From positions 32,001 to 96,000 of the IMG/VR virus record IMGVR_UViG_3300037258_000352: DNA of 64,000 bases. One strand, 5' to 3'. Of the stretch, positions 18,390 to 29,260 are shown in pieces. The position numbers were made by a program, and so were the translations under genes. The notes below the pieces were generated by a model. It was not told the origin of the DNA, ran no database searches, and worked only from the letters and a program-made list of their open reading frames with translations. The stretch's first letter is position 1. Every line of letters begins with the position of its first letter. Source of the stretch: a virus.

Positions 18390-19256
18390 TTACGCCGCGA
18401 GGACGCGGGCGAGTTGGCGGGCGGTGGTGTCGGTGACCCGGTACCCCACCGGGAGGCGGGTGGGGAGCTCAGTCATGAGGACCCGACGGCCGGTGGTGAG
18501 GCCCCGCTGCCCCCGCTCGTCCCGGAGTTCCCGGGCGGCGGCGTAGATGGTGGGGTCCACCCCGGGGGGTGGGGTGGTGGCGTTCGGTGTGGGGACGAGT
18601 TCCAGCTCCACCCCGGGGTGCGGAGTCCCGGGGTGGGCTGGCTCGTCCCCCGCGGGGGTGTGGGTGGGGGGCACCGTCACCCGGGGGAAGTCCCCCGCGG
18701 GGTCGAGGTCTGGGGTGGGGTCACCCGTGGTGCGGTCCGAGAGGCCCCGGAGGTCGGCCAGGAGGGATTCGAGTTCCGCGTCGACGTCGTCGAGTTCACC
18801 CGTGGGGGAGGTGTCCAGCTCGGTGCGGATCTCCGCGAAGTGTCGACGGACCCGGGGGGCGGCTTCCGCTAGGAGCAGGATCAGGCCGGGGGCTACGGAG
18901 TGCAGCAGGATCCCCGACGGGACCGCTGCGGCGGCGGACACCCAAATGTTCATCGCCCAGGTCGCGATGCCGGCGAACCACATGGTCCCGGTGAGCCAGG
19001 GTTCTTTCCGGCCGTAGTCGGCGAGGATGCTCCCGAACACGATCGCGGTCCCGAGGGTGATGGAGGCCATTGGGTCGAGGAGCCACGCGATCCACCACTC
19101 GAAGCTGTGCCAAGGGTGGCCTGCGGATGCGAATCGTTGGACGTTGACCATCGTGAACACGAGGGCCAGCACAGCGACGGCGGTCAGGGCGTAGGCACCC
19201 CAGCGGCCCATGCGGGTCAACCATTCCGCCTCGTCGCGCTGGTTGGTGGTGTCCAT
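18390..19256 (-). CDS. SpdA/SpdB-like plasmid-spread membrane protein
   Basis: FTMVNVQRFA, IAWLLDP, LHSVAP.L..LAEAAP; Pro-rich linker. Confidence 0.7.
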   Translation of the reverse strand: MDTTNQRDEAEWLTRMGRWGAYALTAVAVLALVFTMVNVQRFASAGHPWHSFEWWIAWLLDPMASITLGTAIVFGSILADYGRKEPWLTGTMWFAGIATWAMNIWVSAAAAVPSGILLHSVAPGLILLLAEAAPRVRRHFAEIRTELDTSPTGELDDVDAELESLLADLRGLSDRTTGDPTPDLDPAGDFPRVTVPPTHTPAGDEPAHPGTPHPGVELELVPTPNATTPPPGVDPTIYAAARELRDERGQRGLTTGRRVLMTELPTRLPVGYRVTDTTARQLARVLAA

Positions 19257-19423
19257 CGGTGCTGGTCCTTTCCCCGTAGGTTGTTTGGTGGTGCCGTCCG
19301 GTCGAGGTCTGTAATCGGCGCCCGACCGGACAGCACCTTGTGATGTTACATCCCTACGTGTTAGCACATGCGACACCCGGTCACGTTACATACTGAATAC
19401 CCAGTATAGGTAGACTCCGTGAC

Positions 19424-20260
19424 ATGACGGGATCAATCGGGGCCGGGCTACGCCGGCGACAACTCGCGGAGATACTCACCGAGCTCCGCAAGACCAGCGG
19501 TAAAGACCAGGTCGCCGCTGCTGCGGCGTGTGACTGCTCCCGACCTCAGATCAGCAATTTCGAGTCCGGGAGATACGTCCCGAGCCGGTTGGAGCTCCCC
19601 GCCCTGCTGGAGTGCTACGGCGCGCTGGACCGGCTCCCTGAGCTGGAGGAACTCCGGGCCGCGGCGAACGAACCAGGCTGGTACTCGACGTATGGCCTGC
19701 CGGTGTGGTTGCAGTCCTATGTGCGGCTTGAGGACGACGCGATCCAGGTTCGGTGTTTCGCGTCTGGTCTGGTCCCGGGGCTGCTGCAAACCCAGGACTA
19801 CGCCCGGACGGTTCAGCAGGAACACGGGGCCAGCACCCCGGAGGTTCAGCGGCGGCTCGCGGTCCTCGCGGGACGGCAGAAGCGGCTAGGGATAGGGATG
19901 ACCCTGTCCGTGGTGGTGTCGGAGGCGTTGCTGCACCTGACCGTGTGTATGGGTGAGGTGGGGGTGGAACAGCTCGCGAGTCTCGCGGCGACGAGGGTCG
20001 CGGAGGTCCTGGTCCTGCCGTACTCGGCGGCCCTGACGCGGGGGATCGGTCACTGGACGGTCCTCGACTTCCCGATGGGGGTGTCCCCGGTCGCGTATGA
20101 GGAACATGCGATCGGTGGGCACCTAGCGGATGATCGGGGACTGGTAGGGAAGTTGGCCTCGCTGTATCAGGAGCTGCACTCCGCGGCTCTATCAGTGGAG
20201 GACAGTGCAACGAAGATCAGGCAGGTCATGGGTCTAACCAAGGAAGGGACAAGGCGATGA
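19424..20260 (+). CDS. XRE-family HTH regulator with DUF5753 domain (Scr1/WhiJ-like)
   Basis: RRRQLAEIL..ISNFESG, VPGLLQTQDYAR, ALS..DS. Confidence 0.9.
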   Translation: MTGSIGAGLRRRQLAEILTELRKTSGKDQVAAAAACDCSRPQISNFESGRYVPSRLELPALLECYGALDRLPELEELRAAANEPGWYSTYGLPVWLQSYVRLEDDAIQVRCFASGLVPGLLQTQDYARTVQQEHGASTPEVQRRLAVLAGRQKRLGIGMTLSVVVSEALLHLTVCMGEVGVEQLASLAATRVAEVLVLPYSAALTRGIGHWTVLDFPMGVSPVAYEEHAIGGHLADDRGLVGKLASLYQELHSAALSVEDSATKIRQVMGLTKEGTRR

Positions 20261-20478
20261 AGATCGAAGGCGTCGACGTTGGGCAGGTTGGGGAGTTCGT
20301 GAAGGCGACCGCGAGCGAGTCGGTGGACAAGTGTGTGTCCGTCGCGGTGACGAGCACGGGGCATCGGGTGGTGCGGCATTCCACGCGGGTCGGTGGTGCG
20401 GAGATCCCGTTCGATCGGGATGAGTGGTCCGCGTTCCTCGTCGGGGTCCATGCGGGTGAGTTCGACATCGCCGACTGA
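20257..20478 (+). CDS. DUF397 protein (Scr2/BldB-like partner)
   Basis: KA..S...CVSVA..VRHS..F..EWSAFL.GV.AGEFD; ATGA overlap with XRE gene. Confidence 0.88.
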   Translation: MKIEGVDVGQVGEFVKATASESVDKCVSVAVTSTGHRVVRHSTRVGGAEIPFDRDEWSAFLVGVHAGEFDIAD

Positions 20479-20543
20479 CCGGTGTGGTGTGGGGCGGTCC
20501 CTTCGCGAGACGCGGGCGAGGGGACCGTCGCCGTTTCCGGGGT

Positions 20544-20613
20544 GTAACGCCGGCTGGGGTGTGGCCGATACAGGGGTGTAAGCGTTGACACCCGCACACC
20601 ACAGGTTTACTCT
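20544..20613 (+). promoter_or_regulatory. Tandem promoter: ECF GTAAC-N17-CGATAC (20544-20571) plus SigA TTGACA-N17-TACTCT (20585-20613)
   Basis: Exact motifs. Confidence 0.75.
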
Positions 20614-20657
20614 TGAGAGGTCGGTGCGGACCGACGGGACACGGAGGAATCAAGGCG

Positions 20658-21080
20658 ATGGGCAAGTACAACCTCGGCGACATCAGGGTCAGCTACCACG
20701 CCACCGCCTACGCGGTGAACGGCAAAGCCATCAACCATGGTCACTTCTACGCTGACTTCGACTCGATCGAGGCTGCCCGTGAATGGGCTGGCCGGTTGTT
20801 CCGCGACCAGCACACGCGCTACGGACAGTCTCAGGTCGGCTCGGTCCAGATCCACGGCCGGGAGATGACGCTGGGGATCGAGGGTTGGAACGAGACCAGC
20901 GATTTCAGCAAGTCGCACTACGAGACGGTCCTGACCGACCAACCCATCGTGCTGGGCGCTGCTGATCTAGCGCTGCGCTGCTACGACACGACCGTGATGG
21001 ACTACTTCGAGACGGTCCACCCCCGCCGCGTTGACGGCACCTGCCACTGCGGGGACCCAACCCGCAACGTGAGCCTCTGA
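20658..21080 (+). CDS. Hypothetical protein
   Basis: Hairpin plus GACACGGAGG leader. Confidence 0.65.
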   Translation: MGKYNLGDIRVSYHATAYAVNGKAINHGHFYADFDSIEAAREWAGRLFRDQHTRYGQSQVGSVQIHGREMTLGIEGWNETSDFSKSHYETVLTDQPIVLGAADLALRCYDTTVMDYFETVHPRRVDGTCHCGDPTRNVSL

Positions 21081-21550
21081 TCGTTTCCTCTACCCCCGGC
21101 TGGGATGACCTGCACCTGAGCGTCAGGCCGCTAATCCCCCCGGGGGACTCCCCCGACACGGAGGGCAAGCCATGTTCACCATAGGGATCGTGTTGATCCT
21201 CCTGAAACTCGTGGGGGTGCTCTCCTGCTCGTGGACGGTCCTGCTGGTCCTCGTCGCGGTGATGGAGATCGCCCGGTGGGTGTGGGCAGTGATCCAGTTC
21301 GGGACCCTCGTCACCGCTGTTCGGCGGTCGCCGGTCCGGAGGACACGGCGGTCTCGCCCCCGGTCCCGCCAGCGGTTGTTCTGAACACGGGAGAGGAGGA
21401 CGGAGGCCATGACTGACCGTCTGTTGGGTGACGAGTTCTACGCCGAGCTGGACGCGATCGACGCCCTGCTCGATGAGGCTGAGGCGGCGTTACCCATCGA
21501 AGCCGACAAGTAGCGGGATCCGAGCACCACCGACACGGAGGACAGAGCGG

Positions 21551-21618
<68 letters not shown>

Positions 21619-21622
<4 letters not shown>

Positions 21623-22008
21623 ACCGTAAACCGTTCACCACCGACACCACTTTCCTGTTCGTTGACGGCCCCCCTGACGGCCGGAGGTTCCCGATCACCC
21701 TGGCGTGGTCACCGGAAGCACCGTTGGAGGTTTGGTTCCTGTTCCCCCACCCGCACCCGTGGTGGATGGTGTCCCGGGACCTCCTCGCGGGGGGCCTGAC
21801 CACCGACGCTGGTCAGGGGGATGTGAGAGTCAGCCCGCACCGCCCGGCCGGTGTCAATATCGTGCTCCACGGTCGGCAGTTCAGTGTGGCGGTGAGGGTA
21901 TCCCGCCGGATGTTGCGGGTGTTCCTGAACAAGACGTTTCAGCGGATCCCCGCCGGGCAGGAGGTGATCCCGGAGCTAGACCGCGAGTTACAGGAGCTGA
22001 CTGGCTGA
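21619..22008 (+). CDS. SsgA-like sporulation/cell-division protein
   Basis: PLEV.F, W.VSRDLLAGGL...AGQGDVRVSP, FL..T...PAGQE. Confidence 0.85.
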
Positions 22009-22542
22009 CTAGTACGGAGTGACCACCGTAAATCAACGAACACGGAGGAGTCATCATGGCATGGCGGCGTAGGCGCAGGCACAACGAGGGCATCTTCTAC
22101 ATGGACACGAGCCGGTTCCGGCCGTCGTCGTGGGGTGTGCACATCGCGGCGTTGACGTACAACGTCACCCGGCATATCGGGAGTATCCGGTTGCCGTTTG
22201 GGTTCGGGTCGTTGACCTTCGGGTCTGGGCGGCGGGGGCGTCGGTGATGCGCACGCTCACGGATCTCGTTCCGTTCCCGTTGGTGACGTCGGGCCGGCAC
22301 GGGTACTGGGGTGCGAGTCCCATGCTCAAAGTCCTGACCTACGCCCTGCGTGGCGCGCTCGAGACCGGGGAACCGACCGGGTCGATCGTGTTGCAGATCG
22401 GTGGGGAACTCCTCAACGAGCGGGCCCCGACACCGGATGAGATGGACTTCAACGAGGACGCGTACTGGGAGCGGCAGCGTGAGCTCCAGCAGGGCGTTGT
22501 GGGAGTCCGAGGTCGAGCCGCACTCGGAGGGTGTGTTCTCCC

Positions 22543-23505
22543 ATGAGTGAGTTCCTGCCGTCGGACTACCTGACCCACGACACCCCCGCCGGACCGAGGT
22601 TCGCTTACCCGCGACCGCAGTTAGAGGACTACCCCTCTCATTGGCAAGACAAGCCAGCGGTGACGTGGGCGACCCCAGACGAGTCGTGGGTCACGATCGT
22701 TGAGGTCGGGTCGTGGCTTGTCGCGGACACCCCGGTTCGGGTGGTCACCGCGTCGTGGCTGCCGCCGACCCGACCGGGCCCATGGCGGAAGACAACGGAC
22801 CCACCGCTGGATCCGTACGCCCGGCCAGCGTGGGACGCGGCACCAGAGGTGCCTCCTGCGGAGGAGGTGGAGCATCACGACACCCACTTGGTGGAGACCT
22901 GTCTGCGGTGTGAACTCTTCCGGGTTCTGCACGACCGGCCCAGGGTTCAGTCACCACCAGAGACCCGGACCGTGGATTTCACGTCATGGGTCCCGCTGCC
23001 TGGTGCACCGGACCCCGACCCGGACAAGCAGTGGGTCCTCAACGATTCGAGCGCGGTCGCGGTCTACGGCGCGCACACCGCGCACCTGTGGCCCGGGTAC
23101 CTCCCCGGGTTCCGGGACCGGGTGTACGAGCTGCTGCAGGCCGACCCGCGGGTTCAGTACGTGTTCGACGCGAAGAACCACCGTGACCAGACACCCGGGT
23201 CGCTACAAACAACCGTGCCGATTAGGTGGGACACCCCGAAGACATCGATCCGGTCGAGGACCGGTGCCCGGGGTCAGAAGCTGCGGGGTCGGGAGGAGAT
23301 CCCGCAGCCGATCGCGCACTCCGCCCGGACAACGCTCGTGGTTCCCACCGGGGTATCCGGCGCGACCAAGGCGGAAGCGTTGGCCCGGTGGGACTCCGAG
23401 ATCGCCCGTTACGTGGGGCTGCTGGTCCCAGTCGATGTGGTCACCTGCAACCGGTGTGACGGGCACGGTCACCTGCTGGCCCGCGACGTCGAGGAGGAGA
23501 CATGA
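22543..23505 (+). CDS. Hypothetical protein
   Basis: Long ORF with RBS, overlapping neighbours, C-terminal CxxCxGxG. Confidence 0.6.
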   Translation: MSEFLPSDYLTHDTPAGPRFAYPRPQLEDYPSHWQDKPAVTWATPDESWVTIVEVGSWLVADTPVRVVTASWLPPTRPGPWRKTTDPPLDPYARPAWDAAPEVPPAEEVEHHDTHLVETCLRCELFRVLHDRPRVQSPPETRTVDFTSWVPLPGAPDPDPDKQWVLNDSSAVAVYGAHTAHLWPGYLPGFRDRVYELLQADPRVQYVFDAKNHRDQTPGSLQTTVPIRWDTPKTSIRSRTGARGQKLRGREEIPQPIAHSARTTLVVPTGVSGATKAEALARWDSEIARYVGLLVPVDVVTCNRCDGHGHLLARDVEEET

Positions 23506-24554
23506 CGGCGACCACCGTGGTCGTGTTGCCGTTGCTGTGCGGGACCGGTCTGGTCCTAGCCCTGGTCGGGCTCGCGCTCGTCGTGCAGCTACGCCGACTA
23601 CCCGAGGACGGGACGTCGTGGTTCGTGGTGGGTGTGGGGATCGTGGTGTTCCTCGCGATCCTGGGCTTGATGACCGCAGGAGGGGCGTGATGGCCGTCCC
23701 TCCCGATTGGACCTGCCTGCTCTCCGCGTTGAAACTCATCAGCCGGGGTGGCTACAACGACATCTCCCCGTTCCATTGCGAGACCGACGTGTTGACGGTC
23801 ATGGCCGACCCCGAGATGTTCACCAGCACCGAGCTAGATCAGCTCGCCGAGTGGGGTTTCGATGCCGGGCCGGATGCTGGCACGTTCACCTCTCGCCGTT
23901 TCGGGAGCGCGTGATGAGCCGGTTCGATTACAACGTCGCCCGGACCCTACGGATCGCGGACACCCCATTCGGCGGGCTGGTCATGGCCGCGATCCTCAAG
24001 TCCGACCCGCACAACCGGGCGCTGCTCCGCGCGGTGTTCCCCGACGTGTGGGACGAGCTCAACGCCCGGGAGAACGCTCCCGGTGGGCACCTGGACAGTG
24101 ATGACGTCCCGGTCCGGTTGGTCGTGACCGAGGTGGGTCCGGGCGAACCCCTGTTGCGGCCGGTGTGCCCGCGCTGCGAGCGACCGTGGACCGAGCCAGC
24201 GTGTGGGGTCATCCACCAGATCATCGGCGCGGACGGGCGCCTCCACATCTACCCGCTATGACGACGCCTTCCGGGCCGTGAAGGGTCGTCGGCTCAACGT
24301 TCATCACACGTTCGTCCTCGTCGGAGGAGAGAGGTGGTACGCCGTGATCGACGGTGAGATCGTCAGTGTCCGGCCGGTGGAGCTCGCGGAGTCCCGGGGT
24401 ACCGGTACGTGTGTGCATTGCCAGGGGGAGTGCCGGTCCTATTGCAAGTCGTGTCGTAAGCCGGTGTGCTCGGGTGACTTCGACGTTCACCGGGGGGATC
24501 ACGACCCGGAGGACCGGACCGCGACGTGGACCCGAACCGCCTCCCTAGCCAACA

Positions 24555-24583
24555 TTGACGGTATGTAGGTTGAAGTGTAGCCT
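24555..24583 (+). promoter_or_regulatory. SigA-type promoter TTGACG-N17-TAGCCT
   Basis: Consensus, followed by hairpin leader. Confidence 0.65.
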
Positions 24584-24631
24584 TGAGGGAGTCGGTGCGG
24601 ACCGGCAGACACGGAGGGACCAAAGATCACG

Positions 24632-24772
24632 ATGGACAGGAAAGAGATCAGCCGGGCGCTGGCCAAGGCGATCGCCTACAAGAACTGCGGCAAAGAAGAC
24701 GAAGCCCGAGAGTGGGCCCGGAAGCTGATCGAACTCCTAGAGCTCGCTGAAATCCTGACCAAGGAAAGCTGA
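24632..24772 (+). CDS. Small hypothetical protein (46 aa, MDRKEISRALAKAIAYKNCGK...)
   Basis: Dedicated promoter and leader; not in ORF track. Confidence 0.6.
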   Translation: MDRKEISRALAKAIAYKNCGKEDEAREWARKLIELLELAEILTKES

Positions 24773-24813
24773 GCGCGGGTCTGACGGGGACCTGGGACAC
24801 GGAGGACACGATC

Positions 24814-25356
24814 ATGTTCCGCACCAAGAAAAGCATGCAGCAGGAGTGGGACGCATGCATCATCAGCTACGGTCGTGAATGCAACGACCAGCTCAACACT
24901 GCGCGGAGAATCGCGCGCTGGTCAGCGCGGATCCCTTGGTGGGAACTGCGGCTCCCCCTGAACCGGTGGGAGACCACCTGCCGAGCAGCAGCTGCTGACG
25001 CCACCGTTGAAGCTGACCGAATGGTCCTCGACCCAGACAACCCCCGCAACGGCGGTGACGGTGGCGATGAGTGGAAACCCGGCCCTGGGTTCTGGGAGGT
25101 GTTCACCGTTCGGGAGGTCGCGTCGACGCTGCTGTGGCTCGCGTACTCCCTGCTCGTCGGGATCGCTGTCATGGCCGGGGTCCTGATCCTCATCATCGGC
25201 CGCAACCGCGGGGTGTCCGACTCCCCCATGGACGTCCTCTACACGCTGGCCGCGATCGCGGCGGGGGTTTGGTCGGTGCTGGTGTTCCAGTGGGCCTGCC
25301 ACGCCCTTGCGGCCGGTGCTGGTCTCGCTCTGCGGTACGTGTGGGGTCCGCGATGA
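24814..25356 (+). CDS. Hypothetical membrane protein
   Basis: Leader motif; C-terminal TM segments. Confidence 0.55.
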   Translation: MFRTKKSMQQEWDACIISYGRECNDQLNTARRIARWSARIPWWELRLPLNRWETTCRAAAADATVEADRMVLDPDNPRNGGDGGDEWKPGPGFWEVFTVREVASTLLWLAYSLLVGIAVMAGVLILIIGRNRGVSDSPMDVLYTLAAIAAGVWSVLVFQWACHALAAGAGLALRYVWGPR

Positions 25357-25963
25357 AACCGACACCCGACGTTGAGATCACCGGGACCGCGACCCGGATG
25401 AACGTCGAACCCGACCCGGTGACCGGGGGGATCGTCCTGGTCACCTACGCGGAAATGGACGACGGTCGAGTCGGTCGGGTGTGGCTGAGGATCCCCGCGG
25501 ACGCGCTCGCCTACTTCACGGACCGGCTCCCGCCGGCCCCGTCGGACCCGACGGTCGACCCGCCCTCGCCGGCCCACTGCACGGGCCGGCGTGTTGTTGG
25601 GCGGTGGTGACCAGGTGAGCGACCTCCGTCGGTTCCATCTGGACCCGGGCCGCATGCCGATCTGGCTGATGCTGGCTATCGTCGCGCTGTTCACGGTGGC
25701 TTCCGCGTTCCCGGCCATCGACACCGAGTGCGCATTAGTGGCCCTCGGGCTCACGGTGGGGACGTTCACCGTCCGGGTCATCATCAGGAGACCCCGGTGA
25801 AAACGTGGCCGTGGCCAGTGTGGGTCGTCGTGCTGGTCGCGGGCCTGATCCTGACTGGGGTCGTGTTCCCCTATATCGGGGACTCGGTCACCGCCCGCGC
25901 TGCCGCGTTCCTCGGTGGGGTCTTCATCGGGTGGTCGGCGAACATCGCTGCGCGGAGGTTCTA

Positions 25964-26743
25964 ATGGCTCGCCGTCGCCGGTTCCGGTGCGGGACGGTGT
26001 ACTGCCTGCGGGTGATGCGCCGGTCCCGCTGGACTGGGCGACTGCGGTTGTCCCGTGGGTACATCGGTCAAACCAGGTACCGGGACTACCGCAAGAGAGT
26101 AGATCAACATCTTTACGGGGCTTGGTTCAATAATGAGTGGACCCCCCCGAAGTACTGGGCCCATGAGGTCGTTGACTACTACCCCCTGTGGCAGTCCGAC
26201 CGGTGGTGCGACTGGGGCCTCGACACCCGGGAGTTCCTGTGCATCCGGGTGTTGTTCCCACTGCACAACATCATTTGGAATCTTGGCAACCCGCGGCGGA
26301 TCATCCCCCCACCCATCGACCAGCGGTTGTACCCCACCCCGGATCAGATCACTGCCGTAGAGCGGTACCCCGGGAAACCTCGCCGCCCCGTGATCCCCGC
26401 ATGGCCCGCTGACATGCAACACGCATCCCGGGTCGCTGACCACTATCAGGCACCCACCACCCCGCGGGTGTTCAGTGGGTCGTTCCTGGTCAAGTGGGTT
26501 GTGTTGGCTGCGGTCCTGCTGATGTTCATCCCTGGATTGCCCGGGTGGGATGTGACCGCGGGGACCGTGGGGTGGGTAGCCAACGGAGTGGGGTGGGGTG
26601 TCACCCACGGGCGGGAGCTGGGTGGGTTACTGGCCCTCGGTGTGGTGGCGTGGCTGCTGTCCCGTCACCAACTCCGCCGGCGGGGGACCACCCGCACACG
26701 GACTCGGCGCCCGGCGCGTCGTCGTAAGACACCACTGTTCTGA
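25964..26743 (+). CDS. GIY-YIG-like domain protein with C-terminal TM segments
   Basis: GTVYCL..GYIGQT..R..QH..E..I....P.HN. Confidence 0.55.
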   Translation: MARRRRFRCGTVYCLRVMRRSRWTGRLRLSRGYIGQTRYRDYRKRVDQHLYGAWFNNEWTPPKYWAHEVVDYYPLWQSDRWCDWGLDTREFLCIRVLFPLHNIIWNLGNPRRIIPPPIDQRLYPTPDQITAVERYPGKPRRPVIPAWPADMQHASRVADHYQAPTTPRVFSGSFLVKWVVLAAVLLMFIPGLPGWDVTAGTVGWVANGVGWGVTHGRELGGLLALGVVAWLLSRHQLRRRGTTRTRTRRPARRRKTPLF

Positions 26744-27390
26744 TCACAGAGAAAAGGGAGGACACGTCATGGTTTGGCCGCTGACCCCATGGGGTGCAGG
26801 ACGATCACCGGACCGCCCTGCAGAGCCCACGCTCACCGAGTACGACGCCGCAAAGAACTCACCAGGAGTCACCTACGGTCGGGTTCGGGGCAACATTTTC
26901 ACCGGGTACTGGTTGGAGCCGTCCGGACCGACCGGCGATTGAAATCGCCAGCAAGCAGCGACTGATTCAGACACGGAGGAAGAGATGACACCGCTCGTAG
27001 TTCCCCCCGAAACCTGGGTGCGTATCCCCGGGTCCAACTTCGAGGTGTGGCACCGGCAGTACCGGAACGTGGTCATCACCGACCACTACAAAGGAGCCCA
27101 CGGTCTCGGTCTTCGGATCGTTCCCACGACAGGAGAACCAACCGATGCCTAGGAACCCGAGCCCTGACGAGGTCCACAACCAAATCCAGGAACTGGAAGG
27201 CCGGACGATGGAAGACCTCCGGGACAACTGGACACTGCAACCCGTCAACGACGAGGACTGACCCGATGCCGGGCGGGAGAAGCGACGATGACGTCCACCC
27301 CGAACGGGAAGAAGGCAACGGGAAAACCGACAGAGGACCCGACCCCGACACCCAGGACGACCGGAAAACCAGCGACAACGGGAAAGGGAA

Positions 27391-28479
27391 GTGATGAGCC
27401 GTAGACGGCATTTCGTGGGGACGGTCCCCTGCCCCCACCCGGAGGAAGGCCTACAAACCGTCCTGCGGGGCTCCGACGACATCACCAGCATGAGCGACAC
27501 CGAAAGCACCGACGGGCGCGCCGACTGGATCATCCCGATCCTCCAAGCCCGTACCCAACACGCCAACATCGTCGCGCTTAAGGGCCTGCACTACTACGAC
27601 CGGGACACGTTCCACCTGTGGAACACGTGCGTGTGTATGCGCCGGCCGCGGCGGGACCTCACCTACTCGGCTATGGCGCTGCCGTACGCGCGGCACGCTG
27701 AGGCGTGGTTCCCCACCTTCGAGCGGGTCACCGCCGCCCTCGGGCTCGGTGACGTCCTCTATCAGGTCGACGTCGCCGCACCGTTCACGATGGCCGCGTT
27801 CACGTGGGGTCCCGGGGTGTTCGCGCATTACGACGACGAGGTCGCCGCCGCGGTCAAACAGATCGAGCAGGTCCTCCGGATCACCGGTGGGCGGGTCGTG
27901 TTCCAAATCAGCGCGCCCGTCGAAACGGTCCTGACCGCGTGGGCCCCGACAGCGGTCCGGGAAATGCAAGCCGAGGTGATGGCCGACCGGATCGTGGGTC
28001 TCGCTGCCGCGTCCCCGGCGGGGACCGAGTTCATCGTCCACGAGTGCGTGGGCCGACCGAGGGGGAAACCGGTGACAGTGTTGAAGGACCTCGGTCCGGT
28101 CGCGGACCTCACCTCGGCGATCGTCCGTCGGTGGCCAGCGGGGCGGGTCCTCAACGCGATCCACCTACCCATCGGGGACGTCACCCACCCAGCGCCGCTG
28201 GACCCGAACTATTACGCCCCGCTGCGGTGGCGGAACGTCCCCGCCCGGGTGGCTCTGATCGCGGGTCTAGCGAACCTCCACGTGCAGGACTCCCAGCAGC
28301 GCAGCGCGTTGCGGATCGCGGAGCTCGCCGCCGGCCGCGAGTTGGGGGTGTCCACCCCGTGCGGGTTGGGTGGTGATGAGGACCTGCTGGCCTCGATGAT
28401 CCGCCGGACCCGGGACCTCGCCGTGATGCCGACCACGGTCGGGTCGTGGGACACGCTGATCGGTGACCGTGATGAGTGA
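27391..28479 (+). CDS. Cobalamin-independent methionine synthase-like (MetE/UROD barrel) protein
   Basis: HFVGTVP, HEC, HLP, GVSTPCGLG. Confidence 0.6.
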   Translation: MMSRRRHFVGTVPCPHPEEGLQTVLRGSDDITSMSDTESTDGRADWIIPILQARTQHANIVALKGLHYYDRDTFHLWNTCVCMRRPRRDLTYSAMALPYARHAEAWFPTFERVTAALGLGDVLYQVDVAAPFTMAAFTWGPGVFAHYDDEVAAAVKQIEQVLRITGGRVVFQISAPVETVLTAWAPTAVREMQAEVMADRIVGLAAASPAGTEFIVHECVGRPRGKPVTVLKDLGPVADLTSAIVRRWPAGRVLNAIHLPIGDVTHPAPLDPNYYAPLRWRNVPARVALIAGLANLHVQDSQQRSALRIAELAAGRELGVSTPCGLGGDEDLLASMIRRTRDLAVMPTTVGSWDTLIGDRDE

Positions 28480-29260
28480 CCGCGCGCTGCTGCACATCGT
28501 CCACATGGACGACTCCTTTACCGAAGTCGAGGTGGGCGTCGAGGGTGCGCAGCACTGGTTACACACCCCGATGGGTCTGGTCATCGACGCCGGTGACGAC
28601 ACGGGCATGTGGACCCGGTGGCCGTTCGCGACGGTCAAGAGCTACACCGTGACCCCCATCGATGGCACCAACGACGTCGCCGCCCTGGACCCGGGCACCA
28701 CCACAGCCGGGTCTGACGCCGGCGTCATAGACCCGGACGACGTGACCGAGCCCGGGACCCGATGGTCGACGCTGTGCGTCCGAGACGGCCGGCAGGACGG
28801 GGCAGTGACCGTCGGGGACTCCCGGCTCCCCGCCGCGGTGGTCCTCGACTCAATCCGGGTCCGTGGCGTAGCAGAAGCCGCGCGGATGTGGCCGGCGCTG
28901 ACTGACGACGACCTCAGGGTGTTGACGACTCTGGTGGTGGACCTCGACATGCGGGCCGCCACCACCGAACGGCCCGGGCCGTCGACGGTGACCAACCCGC
29001 ACCGGGTCCAGCTGTGCTGGGTCGACGACCAGAACCACGGGCGGGTCAGTGTGTTCCCGAACCGGGCCCCGGTCCACTCGATGGTCGCCCGGGTCCTGGC
29101 CGGGGAGGACCTCGGGGCCGTCGCCCGGGACTACGACATCCCCCGCCACGAGCTGGCGGTCGTGGTCCGGCTCGCGGAGGAACTGATCACCAACGTCGAC
29201 GGACCCGAGCACCTCGGGGCACCCGACCGGGCCACCTACGAGCAGCAGGGAGGGTTCTGA
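28463..29260 (+). CDS. DUF433-like repeat protein
   Basis: GAVTVGDSRLP and GEDLGAVARDYDI. Confidence 0.55.
   Translation: MTVMSDRALLHIVHMDDSFTEVEVGVEGAQHWLHTPMGLVIDAGDDTGMWTRWPFATVKSYTVTPIDGTNDVAALDPGTTTAGSDAGVIDPDDVTEPGTRWSTLCVRDGRQDGAVTVGDSRLPAAVVLDSIRVRGVAEAARMWPALTDDDLRVLTTLVVDLDMRAATTERPGPSTVTNPHRVQLCWVDDQNHGRVSVFPNRAPVHSMVARVLAGEDLGAVARDYDIPRHELAVVVRLAEELITNVDGPEHLGAPDRATYEQQGGF

Noticed and set aside
19312-19390. GTTAC copies in the spd/XRE divergent region as ECF promoters
   Set aside because: No CGAT at 17-bp spacing
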